A DNA stretch of 63,906 nucleotides, filler included, from Octopus bimaculoides (taxonomy: Eukaryota): the NCBI RefSeq assembly GCF_001194135.2. It is 7 parts of 7 records of this genome, joined end to end, with 100 filler letters (N's around TTAATTAATTAA, not from the genome) between each part and the next. Parts side by side here need not be neighbours in the genome. Positions count along the whole stretch, not along the records: positions 62,707 to 63,906 come from NW_026387907.1; 6 more parts are not named here. One strand, written 5' to 3'. Position numbers and translations under genes: made by a program. The stretch's first letter is position 1; every line of letters begins with the position of its first letter. Of the stretch, positions 63,481 through 63,906 are shown one piece after another. A model generated the notes under the pieces. That model had not been told where the DNA came from. It did not search any database and saw only the letters and a program-made list of their open reading frames with translations.

Positions 63481-63906
63481 AAAATGTTTGAGAATGAAAG
63501 TTTTCCTATACATTTTTTCTTTACTTGTTGTATGTATAAATTCTCATAGAGAACTCTGTAAAAAAATATATTTTATAATATACCAACATATAGACACAAA
63601 TACTAACATACATATTCACATAGAATCATACACTCAAACACAGAATATCAAACATTGATACAGATACATGCAGACACAAACAATCGTAAACATCTTCATA
63701 CACACTCAAACACGAATATGGTAGCAGAATATAAGTTAGAGATACAAAGAGAGAAAGAAAGATGAAAAGACACTAAATTTCTAGAAAAAAATACCTAAAT
63801 AAAATAGTATAAAAAATTAACCAGCTTACGATTGATATAAAAGTGGGAGATTATGGAAGCTTCCTTTTTCGATGATCGTGATCTGATTATCATCAAAATG
63901 TCTGTA

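Overview
Eukaryotic, AT-rich, repeat-dense genomic scaffold. It is most likely from an octopus (coleoid cephalopod), judged from recognisable tRNA-derived SINE families and very high microsatellite density; the species cannot be fixed from the sequence alone. About 26 assembly gaps cover roughly 9 kb. Six of them are artificial 100-bp linkers (44 N + TTAATTAATTAA + 44 N), so contiguity across them is not guaranteed. Almost all ORFs in the supplied track are microsatellite or N translations. No prokaryotic operon, CRISPR array, rRNA or genuine tRNA gene is visible. Supportable content: three to four SINE families in many copies; decayed RTE, CR1-like and R4/Dong-like LINE fragments; mariner and Chapaev-like transposase relics; a hAT-type MITE (one copy with a perfect 8-bp TSD); and a putative plus-strand multi-exon CUB-like gene at about 4.2-6.2 kb. 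Best finds: (1) a 229-bp Penelope-like insertion with a 10-bp TSD that splits a mariner relic and carries a minimal hammerhead ribozyme motif; (2) a 92-bp-arm near-perfect palindrome inside the CUB-like gene; (3) a 1.1-kb foldback-like inverted-repeat element; (4) an RTE copy with a twin-priming-like inversion; (5) tandem R4/Dong-like copies joined at a (TAA)n array. Exon calls are by-eye splice-site predictions, and repeat boundaries are approximate unless a TSD is quoted.
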